The notes beneath the pieces were generated by a model. The model had not been told where the DNA came from and ran no database searches. It saw only the letters and a list, made by a program, of their open reading frames with translations. A DNA stretch of 64,000 bases from assembly GCA_041665345.1 (NCBI GenBank), contig JBAYJA010000001.1, forward strand, positions 602,522 through 666,521, read 5' to 3'. How positions within the stretch are numbered: the first letter of the stretch is position 1; each line of letters opens with the position of its first letter. This DNA is from Patescibacteria group bacterium. Lineage in GTDB: Bacteria; Patescibacteriota; Patescibacteriia; PEXW01. The position numbers were made by a program, and so were the translations under genes. Positions 52,625 to 60,943 of this stretch are shown here, piece after piece.

Positions 52625-53163
52625 TACGCCGCTCCCCCAAAATGACCCTTTTCGTTTGGTCCATTGGCGGCACGCTTCTGCTGGCTGCTCTTGGGTGGAT
52701 GAGCATTGTATACATACCCCAAAAAATTTACTCCGTTTCAGCGGACATTGAGGATGCACGCGTGACCATCGCATTGAATGACCTGCAGCGCCAAAACCTT
52801 TCAACGCTCACCACGCAGTACGCCACTATCCAGGAGCAGTCAGCAAAACTGAGCGGCGCATTCCTGGATCGCACGCAACCCCTGGTCTTCGTTGAGCATA
52901 TGGAAAAACTTGCAACCGAAACCAAGGTTGAGCAAGCTTTCGTTCCAACCGAGCCATCCCGTACCCGACCTGGCGGAAATGCATTTAGCCTCGATGAAAA
53001 GGCCTTCACCCTCAGCGTCACCGGACCCACAGCAAATGTGCTGCTCTTCCTAAGAAAATTTGAAGCTGATCCTGGCTACGCAATTACCACGTCCATTTCC
53101 CTGGCAGAAGTTGAGGCTGGCAATACGTCGCTCCAGCTCGTTGGTACTATCCCCTGGCACTAG
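52621..53163 (+). CDS. pilO: PilO-like pilus assembly protein
   Basis: Overlaps the pilN stop. Single TM then a ferredoxin-like periplasmic domain, with positional homology. Confidence 0.5.
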   Translation: MIRRSPKMTLFVWSIGGTLLLAALGWMSIVYIPQKIYSVSADIEDARVTIALNDLQRQNLSTLTTQYATIQEQSAKLSGAFLDRTQPLVFVEHMEKLATETKVEQAFVPTEPSRTRPGGNAFSLDEKAFTLSVTGPTANVLLFLRKFEADPGYAITTSISLAEVEAGNTSLQLVGTIPWH

Positions 53164-53165
53164 TA

Positions 53166-53464
53166 TGAAGAAAGTGAACCTGACACAATTTCGCCAACAC
53201 CTGCACCCAGAGCGGATTAGCCTTTGGTTTGGATGGGTGCTGCTCGCCATGCTCATTATTGGCTTAGGGATTACTGGGTGGAAGAACTACAGCACGTGGA
53301 TTCGAACATTAACCGTCAACGAAGTATCAGCCGACGTCCTCTCCCAGAAGCAAGAGCGTATTCGGCTAAAAGAGCTAGAAACCGCCCAAAAAGCCTGGGA
53401 AGCGAAGCAGCAGCTCGCACCCACGCCAGAAAAGGCTATCCAGGTCTTTTCCAATGGGTCTTGA
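53166..53464 (+). CDS. Small single-TM protein downstream of pilO (possible PilP-like or accessory component)
   Basis: Start at MKKVNLTQ and a TM helix WFGWVLLAMLIIGLGITGW. No pilin-like N-terminus. Confidence 0.35.
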
Positions 53465-53523
53465 CGGATGCAGCTGTAGACTTTAGAATACGTTCACACG
53501 TTTTTTCTTGATTAACCCTCTGT

Positions 53524-53808
53524 ATGGCACACGTCAAAGGTGTAGGCACAACTAGTCTCGGGCGCGATTCCCAGTCCAAACGCCTGGGCACCAAAGTCTA
53601 CGCCGGCCAGAAGATCTCTGCTGGCGCAATTATCGTCCGCCAGCGTGGCACCAAAATCCGCCCAGGCAAGAATGTTCGCCGGGGTGGGGATGACACCTTG
53701 TTTGCCATGCTGCCGGGGGTGGTTGCTTTCCGCACGCGCAAAGTCCGCCGCTTCAACGGCAAGTTGCTCCCCGCAACCTTCGCGGACGTTGTTCCGGTAA
53801 AAGTCTAA
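53524..53808 (+). CDS. rpmA: 50S ribosomal protein L27
   Basis: [24 protein letters not shown]... is highly conserved L27. Confidence 0.9.
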   Translation: MAHVKGVGTTSLGRDSQSKRLGTKVYAGQKISAGAIIVRQRGTKIRPGKNVRRGGDDTLFAMLPGVVAFRTRKVRRFNGKLLPATFADVVPVKV

Positions 53809-53939
53809 AGTAGCTAAAGTGCAACCTTAGGGTAACCTAAAGTTTTTTTGTTTTTTAACTTAGTGATTGACAAAGAGGTCAGTCTGTGCTAGTTTCAGGT
53901 GAAAACGAAAAACCACACATAACTCTTTTGGAGGAATAC

Positions 53940-54275
53940 ATGTCCGAATTGAAAAATGTCCAGCAAATTGAGAATGCTGCACAAGTGGTCATTGAAATCC
54001 GCACTGCCAGTGGCTCAATGTACAAGTTCTCGTTACCGGATGCCGACGGGTTTCGCGACATCACTGCAGTGCAACTACATCGGGCAGTTCGATTCCGAGG
54101 AAAAATCCACGGTATCGCAATGAAAAATCCCCCAAAGAAAATTGGGGATGTCCTTGAAGACAAACGTTTCGTAGTTCCTACGAACACCGTGAAAGTCGGC
54201 GATTCGTTGGTCATCTTGCGAGAAGATGGTCAATTCGCCAGTACAACCGAAATAGCCTCAATCTACGAGGCGTAG
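53940..54275 (+). CDS. Hypothetical protein (111 aa)
   Basis: ATG with GGAGG RBS (the ORF track GTG start at 53886 is less likely), a promoter-like TTGACA at ~53867, and a terminator downstream. No family recognised. Confidence 0.45.
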   Translation: MSELKNVQQIENAAQVVIEIRTASGSMYKFSLPDADGFRDITAVQLHRAVRFRGKIHGIAMKNPPKKIGDVLEDKRFVVPTNTVKVGDSLVILREDGQFASTTEIASIYEA

Positions 54276-54297
54276 TGCATCGCCCTGTTAGGCATGA

Positions 54298-54327
54298 AAG
54301 AGCTGGACGTATTCAGCTCTTTTTTTC
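54298..54327. terminator. Bidirectional rho-independent terminator between convergent hypothetical gene and pyrG
   Basis: Stem AGAGCTG/CAGCTCT with loop GACGTATT, then TTTTTT. A-run on the other side. Confidence 0.5.
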
Positions 54328-55967
54328 TATTCGCCTTTTGCCCGCGCAGCATTTTTGCAGGCACCCAGGAAATCCAGGAACAACGGCTGGGGTTGGATGG
54401 GCCGAGAGGTAAATTCTGGGTGAAACTGAACTCCCACGAACCAGGGGTGATCAGCCACTTCCACTATTTCCACAAGATGACCGTCTGGCGAGGTGCCAGC
54501 GATAATCAGCCCAGCTTTTTCCAACTGCTCGCGGTACGTGTTATTCAATTCAAAACGATGCCGATGTCGCTCCTGCACCTGCGCTGTACCGTATGCCTTC
54601 GCGCTCAGCGTTTTGGGGGTAATTTTGCATGGCCAACTCCCTAAACGCATGGTGGCACCGTAATCTTGGCTGAGCATTTTCTTCTCTTGATCAGGCATAA
54701 TGTGAATCACTGGAACTTTCGCTTCGGGGTCAAACTCGGTGCTCGTGGCTCCGGCTAACCCTGCCACATGCCGTGCAAATTCAATGGTGGCAATCTGCAT
54801 TCCCAAGCACAGCCCAAAGTACGGGACCTTTTTCTCACGTGCATACTGCACCGCGGAAATTTTGCCTTCAATGCCGCGGTTGCCAAATCCGCCTGGAACC
54901 AAGATACCGTGGCTACGTTTGAGCTTCCCCCACTCCTTGGAATCCTTCTCTTCAAGGCCAACAGAATCCACCCAATCCACAACCAATTTGACGCTCTGCG
55001 CGTACGAGGCACTGCGGAGTGCTTCAATGACCGAAAGGTAGGCATCCCCAAGCTCCGTATACTTCCCCACCACGGCAATGTGCACCGTGGGTTTCCCGTT
55101 CCGCGCCCGCTTCACCAGCTCTTTCCAGGGTGCCAGGGCTGGCTTCTTCTTAGGCATGCCAAAGTGAGCAAAAATCGTTTTGGAGATTTGGTACTTTTCC
55201 AAGTGCAAGGGTACTTCATAAATGCTCTTCGCAGTTTGTGCAGGAATGACCGAAGTCAGCGGAACGTTGCAGAAAAGACCCAGCTTCTCCAAATGTTCCT
55301 TGTGGATTGGTTCGTCAGCCCGGGCAATGATCACGTCAGGCTGAATCCCCGCCCGCTGCAATTCCCGAACCGAGGCCTGTGCGGGTTTGGTTTTTAACTC
55401 TCGGGTAGCCTTGAGGAAGGGTAGCAGCGCCACATGAACGAACAGCACCTGGTTCCCAAATTCATTCCGCATTTGTCGGGCGGCTTCCAAAAATGGTTCA
55501 CCTTCAATATCGCCAACCGTCCCCCCAATTTCCATAATCAGCACATCTGGTTGCTGCTCTGCCACCACATCCTGGATAGACTGTTTAATGGCATTGGTTA
55601 TATGCGGTACTATCTGGATGGTTTTCCCCAAATACCTCCCTGCACGCTCTTGGGAAATGACTCGTTGGTACAGTTGGCCGGTGGAAACCGAAGATGAACG
55701 AGAAAGCCGGACATCCAAAAAGCGCTCATAGTGCCCCAAGTCTAAATCCGTCTCCGTGCCATCATCAAGCACAAAAACTTCCCCATGCTGGTAGGGGTTC
55801 ATGGTGCCTGGATCTACGTTCAGGTAGGGGTCAAATTTTATGGAAAAAACCTCCAGCTTACTGGCTTTCAAGATTGCACCAATGGACGCCGCTGCAATCC
55901 CCTTCCCTAAACCAGAGCACACCCCACCCGTGACGAAAATGTAGGAGGTTTTGTGCGCAGCGGTCAT
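54327..55967 (-). CDS. pyrG: CTP synthase
   Basis: N-terminal synthetase domain YIFVTGGVCSGLGKG and a C-terminal glutamine amidotransferase domain with the Cys in GLCLGMQ. Start at MTAAHKTSYIF. The ORF track extends to 56084. Confidence 0.9.
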   Translation of the reverse strand: MTAAHKTSYIFVTGGVCSGLGKGIAAASIGAILKASKLEVFSIKFDPYLNVDPGTMNPYQHGEVFVLDDGTETDLDLGHYERFLDVRLSRSSSVSTGQLYQRVISQERAGRYLGKTIQIVPHITNAIKQSIQDVVAEQQPDVLIMEIGGTVGDIEGEPFLEAARQMRNEFGNQVLFVHVALLPFLKATRELKTKPAQASVRELQRAGIQPDVIIARADEPIHKEHLEKLGLFCNVPLTSVIPAQTAKSIYEVPLHLEKYQISKTIFAHFGMPKKKPALAPWKELVKRARNGKPTVHIAVVGKYTELGDAYLSVIEALRSASYAQSVKLVVDWVDSVGLEEKDSKEWGKLKRSHGILVPGGFGNRGIEGKISAVQYAREKKVPYFGLCLGMQIATIEFARHVAGLAGATSTEFDPEAKVPVIHIMPDQEKKMLSQDYGATMRLGSWPCKITPKTLSAKAYGTAQVQERHRHRFELNNTYREQLEKAGLIIAGTSPDGHLVEIVEVADHPWFVGVQFHPEFTSRPIQPQPLFLDFLGACKNAARAKGE

Positions 55968-56395
55968 ACGGATAGTATAAAGGAAATTGCGGGATGTGTA
56001 TCGGGGCAATGCACTGTGTGCGACCCAGCGGTTTTGAGGGTTGGGATATGCCGCAGCACGCTCTTGGGTATGGGCATACCGCACTGTGTGGCCAGAGCCG
56101 TGGCGATCTGCTTTGGCGTTAGCGCGGCGTACAGTGTGCCTTGCGCATTTGCTTTTGCAGGGATGCTGAATGTCTTGCCGTGAAGCAACCCCAGCACGGC
56201 CTCGGCTTGCTGTGCCGCCTGGACTTTGGTGTGCTGCTCACGTTGCACGCGTGCCGCATGGGCTGCCAAATGATCTGCCGTTGCCGGCTGTGCAACGTTA
56301 CGAGGGAAGAGGAAATTCCTTGCGTAGCCTTCGGCCACCTCAGCGATGTCCCCAGATTTGTGCGACTGCAGCGCTTTGGTGAAAATCACTTTCAT
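55964..56395 (-). CDS. rplI: 50S ribosomal protein L9
   Basis: MKVIFTKALQSHKSGDIAEVAEGYARNFLFPRNVA has typical L9 N- and C-domains. Stop overlaps the pyrG start. Confidence 0.85.
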   Translation of the reverse strand: MKVIFTKALQSHKSGDIAEVAEGYARNFLFPRNVAQPATADHLAAHAARVQREQHTKVQAAQQAEAVLGLLHGKTFSIPAKANAQGTLYAALTPKQIATALATQCGMPIPKSVLRHIPTLKTAGSHTVHCPDTHPAISFILSV

Positions 56396-57636
56396 GGCTT
56401 TTCTGACAAGATTTTCACTGCCCGATCCAGCTGCGCATCAGCGCCACTTGCTGCTTTTTCAGGGATTTCCACCACGACATCCGGGACAATGCCCGCCTTA
56501 TCAATGGTTCGACCCAAAGGGGTATACCAGCGAGCAATGGTTAACTTCAACTGTGAACCATCTGGCAACGTTTCCAGGGTCTGCACGCTTCCCTTGCCAA
56601 AGGTCTTTGTCCCAACCACGGTTGCGCGCTTGGCGTCTTGCAGGGCGCCGGCCACAATTTCTGAGGCTGAGGCGCTGCCCCCATTCACCAAGATCACCAT
56701 GGGTGTATCCCCAAAACGGGCACTGCGGGTAGAACGTTCCACCTGCTCTTCCCCTTTGGCATCACGCTCCCGAACCACCACTTCCTTCCCAATGAACTCA
56801 CCAGTAACCTCAATGGCAGCGTCCAGCAGGCCACCGGGATTGCTCCGGACATCCAGAATGATACCCGCAGGTGGCTTCAGTAAGATATCCTGAATTGCGG
56901 CATCTAATTCTGGTAGGGTCTGATCGTTAAAACTGACCAAACGAATGTATGCAAGATTGGGCTCCAGCCGCTTGGTGATGACTGTATCCAAGGTAATTTT
57001 CTCTCGGGTAACGGTAAACGTTTTTTCTGCATCATTGCGAACGACAATGATAACCACTTTTGTCCCAGCTTTCCCACGAATACGCTGCACAGCTTCGTCA
57101 AGGCTCAAAGCGGTAACATCCTGACCATCAATACTTACCAGCAAATCACCTGGCTGTAAGCCGGCACGTTCGGCCGGAGAATTTGGAAGTGGCGCAATTA
57201 TGGCGAGATTCTTCTCTTTAAAACCAATTTCCGCGCCAATACCTTCAATGCTCAGGTTCAAATCCGCTGCAAACTGCTTGGCCTCAGTTGGGGTGAAAAA
57301 TGATGAGTATGGATCACCCAGACTGTCGACAATCCCAGACAGCGCACCGTAGAAAAGCGCAGACTGATCCACTGGCTGCTGAACGTAGCTTTGCTGAATG
57401 CTCTCCAGGGTTTTATCAAGCACTGCCTGGTTTGCCGGTTGCACGCCCAGCCGTTCCTGCAAGGCCGAAACGCCGGTCTTTCCACCAAAGCTCTGCATCG
57501 CTGAACCATACCCACTCACAAAACCCGTAAGGAGTAACGCCAAAACAAGGAAAACCCAAAAACCCGCTCGCCGACGGCGTGGGGTGGGTAACGGAAATTG
57601 GACGGGTGTCTCAGTCATTTCGGGTAATGGTTGCAC
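56392..57636 (-). CDS. ctpA: Carboxy-terminal processing protease (S41, CtpA-like) with PDZ domain and N-terminal TM
   Basis: S41 motifs (GGSASASEIVAGALQD, TKTFGKGS), a PDZ (GLQPGDLLVSIDGQ) and an N-terminal hydrophobic anchor. Confidence 0.8.
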   Translation of the reverse strand: MQPLPEMTETPVQFPLPTPRRRRAGFWVFLVLALLLTGFVSGYGSAMQSFGGKTGVSALQERLGVQPANQAVLDKTLESIQQSYVQQPVDQSALFYGALSGIVDSLGDPYSSFFTPTEAKQFAADLNLSIEGIGAEIGFKEKNLAIIAPLPNSPAERAGLQPGDLLVSIDGQDVTALSLDEAVQRIRGKAGTKVVIIVVRNDAEKTFTVTREKITLDTVITKRLEPNLAYIRLVSFNDQTLPELDAAIQDILLKPPAGIILDVRSNPGGLLDAAIEVTGEFIGKEVVVRERDAKGEEQVERSTRSARFGDTPMVILVNGGSASASEIVAGALQDAKRATVVGTKTFGKGSVQTLETLPDGSQLKLTIARWYTPLGRTIDKAGIVPDVVVEIPEKAASGADAQLDRAVKILSEKP

Positions 57637-58903
57637 CTAATTGGCGGAGGCGAGCTTCAAGTTGGACGTACCCTCGATCAAGATGTTCTATCCCATTCAC
57701 TGTGGATGTCCCTTGGGCAATGAGTGCTGCTATAACATGGGCAATACCTGCACGGATGTCAGGGATTTCCAATGTTGCTGCGTGCAGCGGGGTTGAACCG
57801 GTAATTGTGGCGTAGTGCTGTGCGTGGCGACCGGCAAAGCGACACTCTGCGACTGGGCATTCAGCAGAAACTCCAATATCTGCACCCATATTGCACAAGT
57901 CCCGGGTATAACCAAAACGATCTTCGTAAATGGTTTCGTGCACATGGGAAACGCCTTCCGCTTGCGTCAAGACGGTTACCATTGGCTGCTGCCAATCAGT
58001 CATGAAGCCTGGGTGGGTATCGGTAGTAATGGACACGGGTTGCAGTGCACCTTGGCGCCAGAAGCGAATCCCATCTGGCTGCACCTCGTAGTGCGCGCCG
58101 ATTTTGCGAACGACATTAAGGAAGCTTATCAAATGCTGGTGCTCTGCGCCTTCAATGAAAATATCCCCGCCCGTACCAATAGCTGCGGCAGCAAACGACA
58201 CAACTTCATTCCGATCCGTCAGCACCCGGTGCGTGGCACCATGGAGCTTCTGCACCCCGTCTATTTCAATCACCCGGTCTGCACCCAGGTGGATAATCGC
58301 TCCCATTTTTTGGAGAAACATGACCAGCTCGGTAATCTCTGGTTCCACCGCTGCATTTTCCAAACGCGTATGCCCATTTGCGCAAACTGAGGCGAACAGC
58401 ACAGTCTCCGTTGCGCCAACCGAGGGAAATGGCAAACGAAAGGTCGCCCCATGTAAACGCGAAGCATCAGCAATGTATGCGGTGTCAGTCTGTTCCACCT
58501 TTGCGCCCATGTCCCGTAAGGCAGTCAGGTGGAAGTCAACTGGACGCGGGCCAATTTTATCTCCACCCAACACCGGAACTTCGGCATGTCCACCCCGGTG
58601 CAGCAGTGGGGCAATGGCTAAAATGGGAATCCGGTTCTTCCGGCTCAAGGCCCGCACCTCGGCATTTTTGATGGTTGGGGTGTGGACGTGCAGGGTATTC
58701 CCTTCCCACTCAACCTGCGCCCCAATGCCCTGCAGCAGCTCAGCCGTAATGTCCGTGTCCCCCAGTTGCGGGCAATTTTCAATCCGACATGGCTCATCGG
58801 TCAACAGCGTTGCCACCATAAGTTTGGTTGCAGCGTTCTTGGCTCCGGCCACACGGGTTCGACCGGTGAGAGGAGTCCCGCCGGTAATGCGAAAGGAAGG
58901 CAT
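57611..58903 (-). CDS. murA: UDP-N-acetylglucosamine 1-carboxyvinyltransferase MurA
   Basis: EPSP-synthase fold with an N-terminal ITGGTPLTGRTRVAGAKNAATK signature. Confidence 0.9.
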   Translation of the reverse strand: MPSFRITGGTPLTGRTRVAGAKNAATKLMVATLLTDEPCRIENCPQLGDTDITAELLQGIGAQVEWEGNTLHVHTPTIKNAEVRALSRKNRIPILAIAPLLHRGGHAEVPVLGGDKIGPRPVDFHLTALRDMGAKVEQTDTAYIADASRLHGATFRLPFPSVGATETVLFASVCANGHTRLENAAVEPEITELVMFLQKMGAIIHLGADRVIEIDGVQKLHGATHRVLTDRNEVVSFAAAAIGTGGDIFIEGAEHQHLISFLNVVRKIGAHYEVQPDGIRFWRQGALQPVSITTDTHPGFMTDWQQPMVTVLTQAEGVSHVHETIYEDRFGYTRDLCNMGADIGVSAECPVAECRFAGRHAQHYATITGSTPLHAATLEIPDIRAGIAHVIAALIAQGTSTVNGIEHLDRGYVQLEARLRQLGATITRND

Positions 58904-58953
58904 ATCCCTGTGAGTATACCGAAAGTTTTTGCAATGTGCTACCCCACAGATAT

Positions 58954-58991
58954 AGAAAAACCCCGGTCTTCCAAAGTGTGGAAGATCCGGG
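58954..58991 (-). terminator. Rho-independent terminator of gene 59028-59537
   Basis: 12-bp stem (one bulge) CCCGGATCTTCCA/TGGAAGACCGGG followed by GTTTTTCTAT on the minus strand. Confidence 0.55.
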
Positions 58992-59027
58992 ATTTCGTAC
59001 TACGTAAAATAAAGGGCTGATACCTGC

Positions 59028-59537
59028 CTACAATGAAACTTCATCGAGCAGACCCGCGGGATAACTAGCATCCCAGCCGTGGACGTCGATCAAATAGCAG
59101 CGCTCCCAGCGCCAGGAACCGTCACTGTCCTGGTCCAGACAGAGGACGCTGCGGTGACCGGCCGGATCCTGCAGAATCGTGTTCCAGCACGAGAGGGATT
59201 TGATGCCCTTTGTCTTGTTAAGCCAACGGAGGGTAACTCGACCCTCTTCCTCATACAGCGCCCGACCGTCTGCCGCACCCAGCTGAGGCTTACAATCAGC
59301 TGCGCTCGCCTTAATGCGATGGAGGTGCTCGTCAGCGGTAATCCAGCGCTCCCCTGGCTGAAGGTAAACCTTGGTGATAATCTTGGTGGCATCCAGGATA
59401 CTGTCCGTGCGTGGGTGCAGAACCTCAATTACCTTCCAGCCTACCCCGAGGAACTTTTCTGGGTCAAAAGGCTTGAGTGGGAGAAAGTAGGGCTGAGTAG
59501 TGGGCAGGCCATCTTCAACAATTTTCTTCGTACTCAT
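59028..59537 (-). CDS. Hypothetical protein (169 aa), monocistronic with consensus promoter, RBS and terminator
   Basis: AAGGAG RBS, promoter TTGACT-N16-TATACT at 59602-59629 and a strong terminator. Sequence shows no family I can assign, with Trp/Cys-containing motifs (CWNTILQDPAGHRSVLCLDQDSDGSWRWERCYLIDVHGW). Confidence 0.5.
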   Translation of the reverse strand: MSTKKIVEDGLPTTQPYFLPLKPFDPEKFLGVGWKVIEVLHPRTDSILDATKIITKVYLQPGERWITADEHLHRIKASAADCKPQLGAADGRALYEEEGRVTLRWLNKTKGIKSLSCWNTILQDPAGHRSVLCLDQDSDGSWRWERCYLIDVHGWDASYPAGLLDEVSL

Positions 59538-59601
59538 GGGTAACTCCTTATTTCAAACTTCTGTTTTTTTAAGTTTTAAGAGACATGATAGAGAACGTCC
59601 A

Positions 59602-59629
59602 AGTATACAGAAAAGGTCGAAAAAGTCAA
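59602..59629 (-). promoter_or_regulatory. Sigma70 promoter TTGACT-N16-TATACT
   Basis: Reverse complement reads TTGACTttttcgaccttttctgTATACT, upstream of the 59537 start. Confidence 0.5.
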
Positions 59630-59660
59630 TAGCAACCTTCGAATATGCTATGCTGCGAAT

Positions 59661-60938
59661 ATGCGGTTACTCCACCGTCGTCTCCTTGCCTTGACCTTCA
59701 TCTGCCTGTTTCTGGTCTGCGCCCCTTTGGCCGTGGCCTACAGCCGTGGGTTTCGTTTTGATCCAAAATCTTTAGACTTTTACAAAACCGGAGCAATTGT
59801 CCTTAGCGGCAAACCCAAGTCTGTCCTCATTCAAGTCAATGCTGAGCCCGGGCGGACAAAATCCCTGCCGACGTCTATCCGGAATTTGCGTCCTGGTACG
59901 TACCAGCTCAGTCTTTCAGCTCCGGGATATGAACCGTGGCAGCAGGAAGTTCGGGTTCGTGATGGTGAAGCAACCATCCTTGACCCGGTGCAGCTGTTCC
60001 GAACACCTGCATTCGAAACTGTTCGCACAGCAATTGGCGCTGGAGCGAAGTTTGCCCCCCAGGGTGGAAGTGTGGCGTGGCGGCAGGGTTCGACACTGAC
60101 AATTACAACGCCAACCACACTGGTCACCTGTACGAGCATTCCCGAAGGACAAACGTTTGTATGGGATAGCCAGGGACAGAGACTGGTGGTTTTGGGGAAA
60201 GACGATACTGTGCTTGGCACCTGCTCACGCCAAGGGGTATGGAAACAAATCCCCGTTCCACCCGCTGCTGTGCGCTTTGCGAGCGCAGATGGTGACACAC
60301 TCCTTGCAACCACGCCAACCGGCCTAGCGCTGCTGCGTGGGAACACCTGGGTTACCGCAACAGTAAAAAACCTGAAGCAAGCGGTCTTGAACAATGGAAA
60401 AAGTTTTTCCCTGGTCCAAACCCCAACCGGTTTTGCTCTGCTTCGGCTGAATGACCAACTGAAAACCATGAGCACGCAGGAACTACCAGCGAGCATCAAA
60501 ACCCCCAAACTCTTTGGGGATCACCAAGTGCTGTGGATTAGCGATGCAACTTCAAACTCTTCACTCTGGATCCGGGGTGAGCAGGCATCCGACGTCCTGA
60601 CGCTGCCATTGCTGGCGCATACTGCCCAACGCATTCCGGGCACGGCTGATGTACTTTTCATCAATGCGTTTTCCGCGATGATTGGGAAGGCAGATGGTGC
60701 AAGTACCACGGCTTCCCGCTGGATTACCCCAGTCTTTGGCGTGACGCATCTGGGCAGGGAAACGGTAAGCATTGCGCGGGCTGACCGATTGCTCATCCGG
60801 CACATTCCACACAACACCGTGCTGGATATCCCCTTGGAAAAAGGTGTGGCTGTGAGCCAAACTTCAACTGAGGGTGTACTTGAGTTTCTACTGGAGGACG
60901 GCAAAATTCTCCGCTGGGTACAGCTCCAGGTTTTCTAA
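59661..60938 (+). CDS. Membrane-anchored PEGA-domain protein with C-terminal beta-rich domain
   Basis: N-terminal TM LLALTFICLFLVCAPLAVAY, then a PEGA-like segment (PGTYQLSLSAPGYEPWQQEVRVRDGEA). The remainder is unknown. Confidence 0.5.
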   Translation: MRLLHRRLLALTFICLFLVCAPLAVAYSRGFRFDPKSLDFYKTGAIVLSGKPKSVLIQVNAEPGRTKSLPTSIRNLRPGTYQLSLSAPGYEPWQQEVRVRDGEATILDPVQLFRTPAFETVRTAIGAGAKFAPQGGSVAWRQGSTLTITTPTTLVTCTSIPEGQTFVWDSQGQRLVVLGKDDTVLGTCSRQGVWKQIPVPPAAVRFASADGDTLLATTPTGLALLRGNTWVTATVKNLKQAVLNNGKSFSLVQTPTGFALLRLNDQLKTMSTQELPASIKTPKLFGDHQVLWISDATSNSSLWIRGEQASDVLTLPLLAHTAQRIPGTADVLFINAFSAMIGKADGASTTASRWITPVFGVTHLGRETVSIARADRLLIRHIPHNTVLDIPLEKGVAVSQTSTEGVLEFLLEDGKILRWVQLQVF

Positions 60939-60943
60939 AAAGC

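Noticed and set aside
53886-53939. GTG-initiated N-terminal extension of the 53940 gene (MLVSGENEKPHITLLEEY)
   Set aside because: A GGAGG RBS sits 6 nt upstream of the internal ATG. The extension has no RBS and overlaps the candidate promoter.
56141-56893. 250-aa plus-strand ORF antisense to ctpA/rplI
   Set aside because: It is a shadow ORF inside conserved genes. The same applies to 58104-58913 (antisense to murA), 59831-60508, 40833-41762, 20657-21163, 21968-22708, 24682-25170 and 26619-27347.
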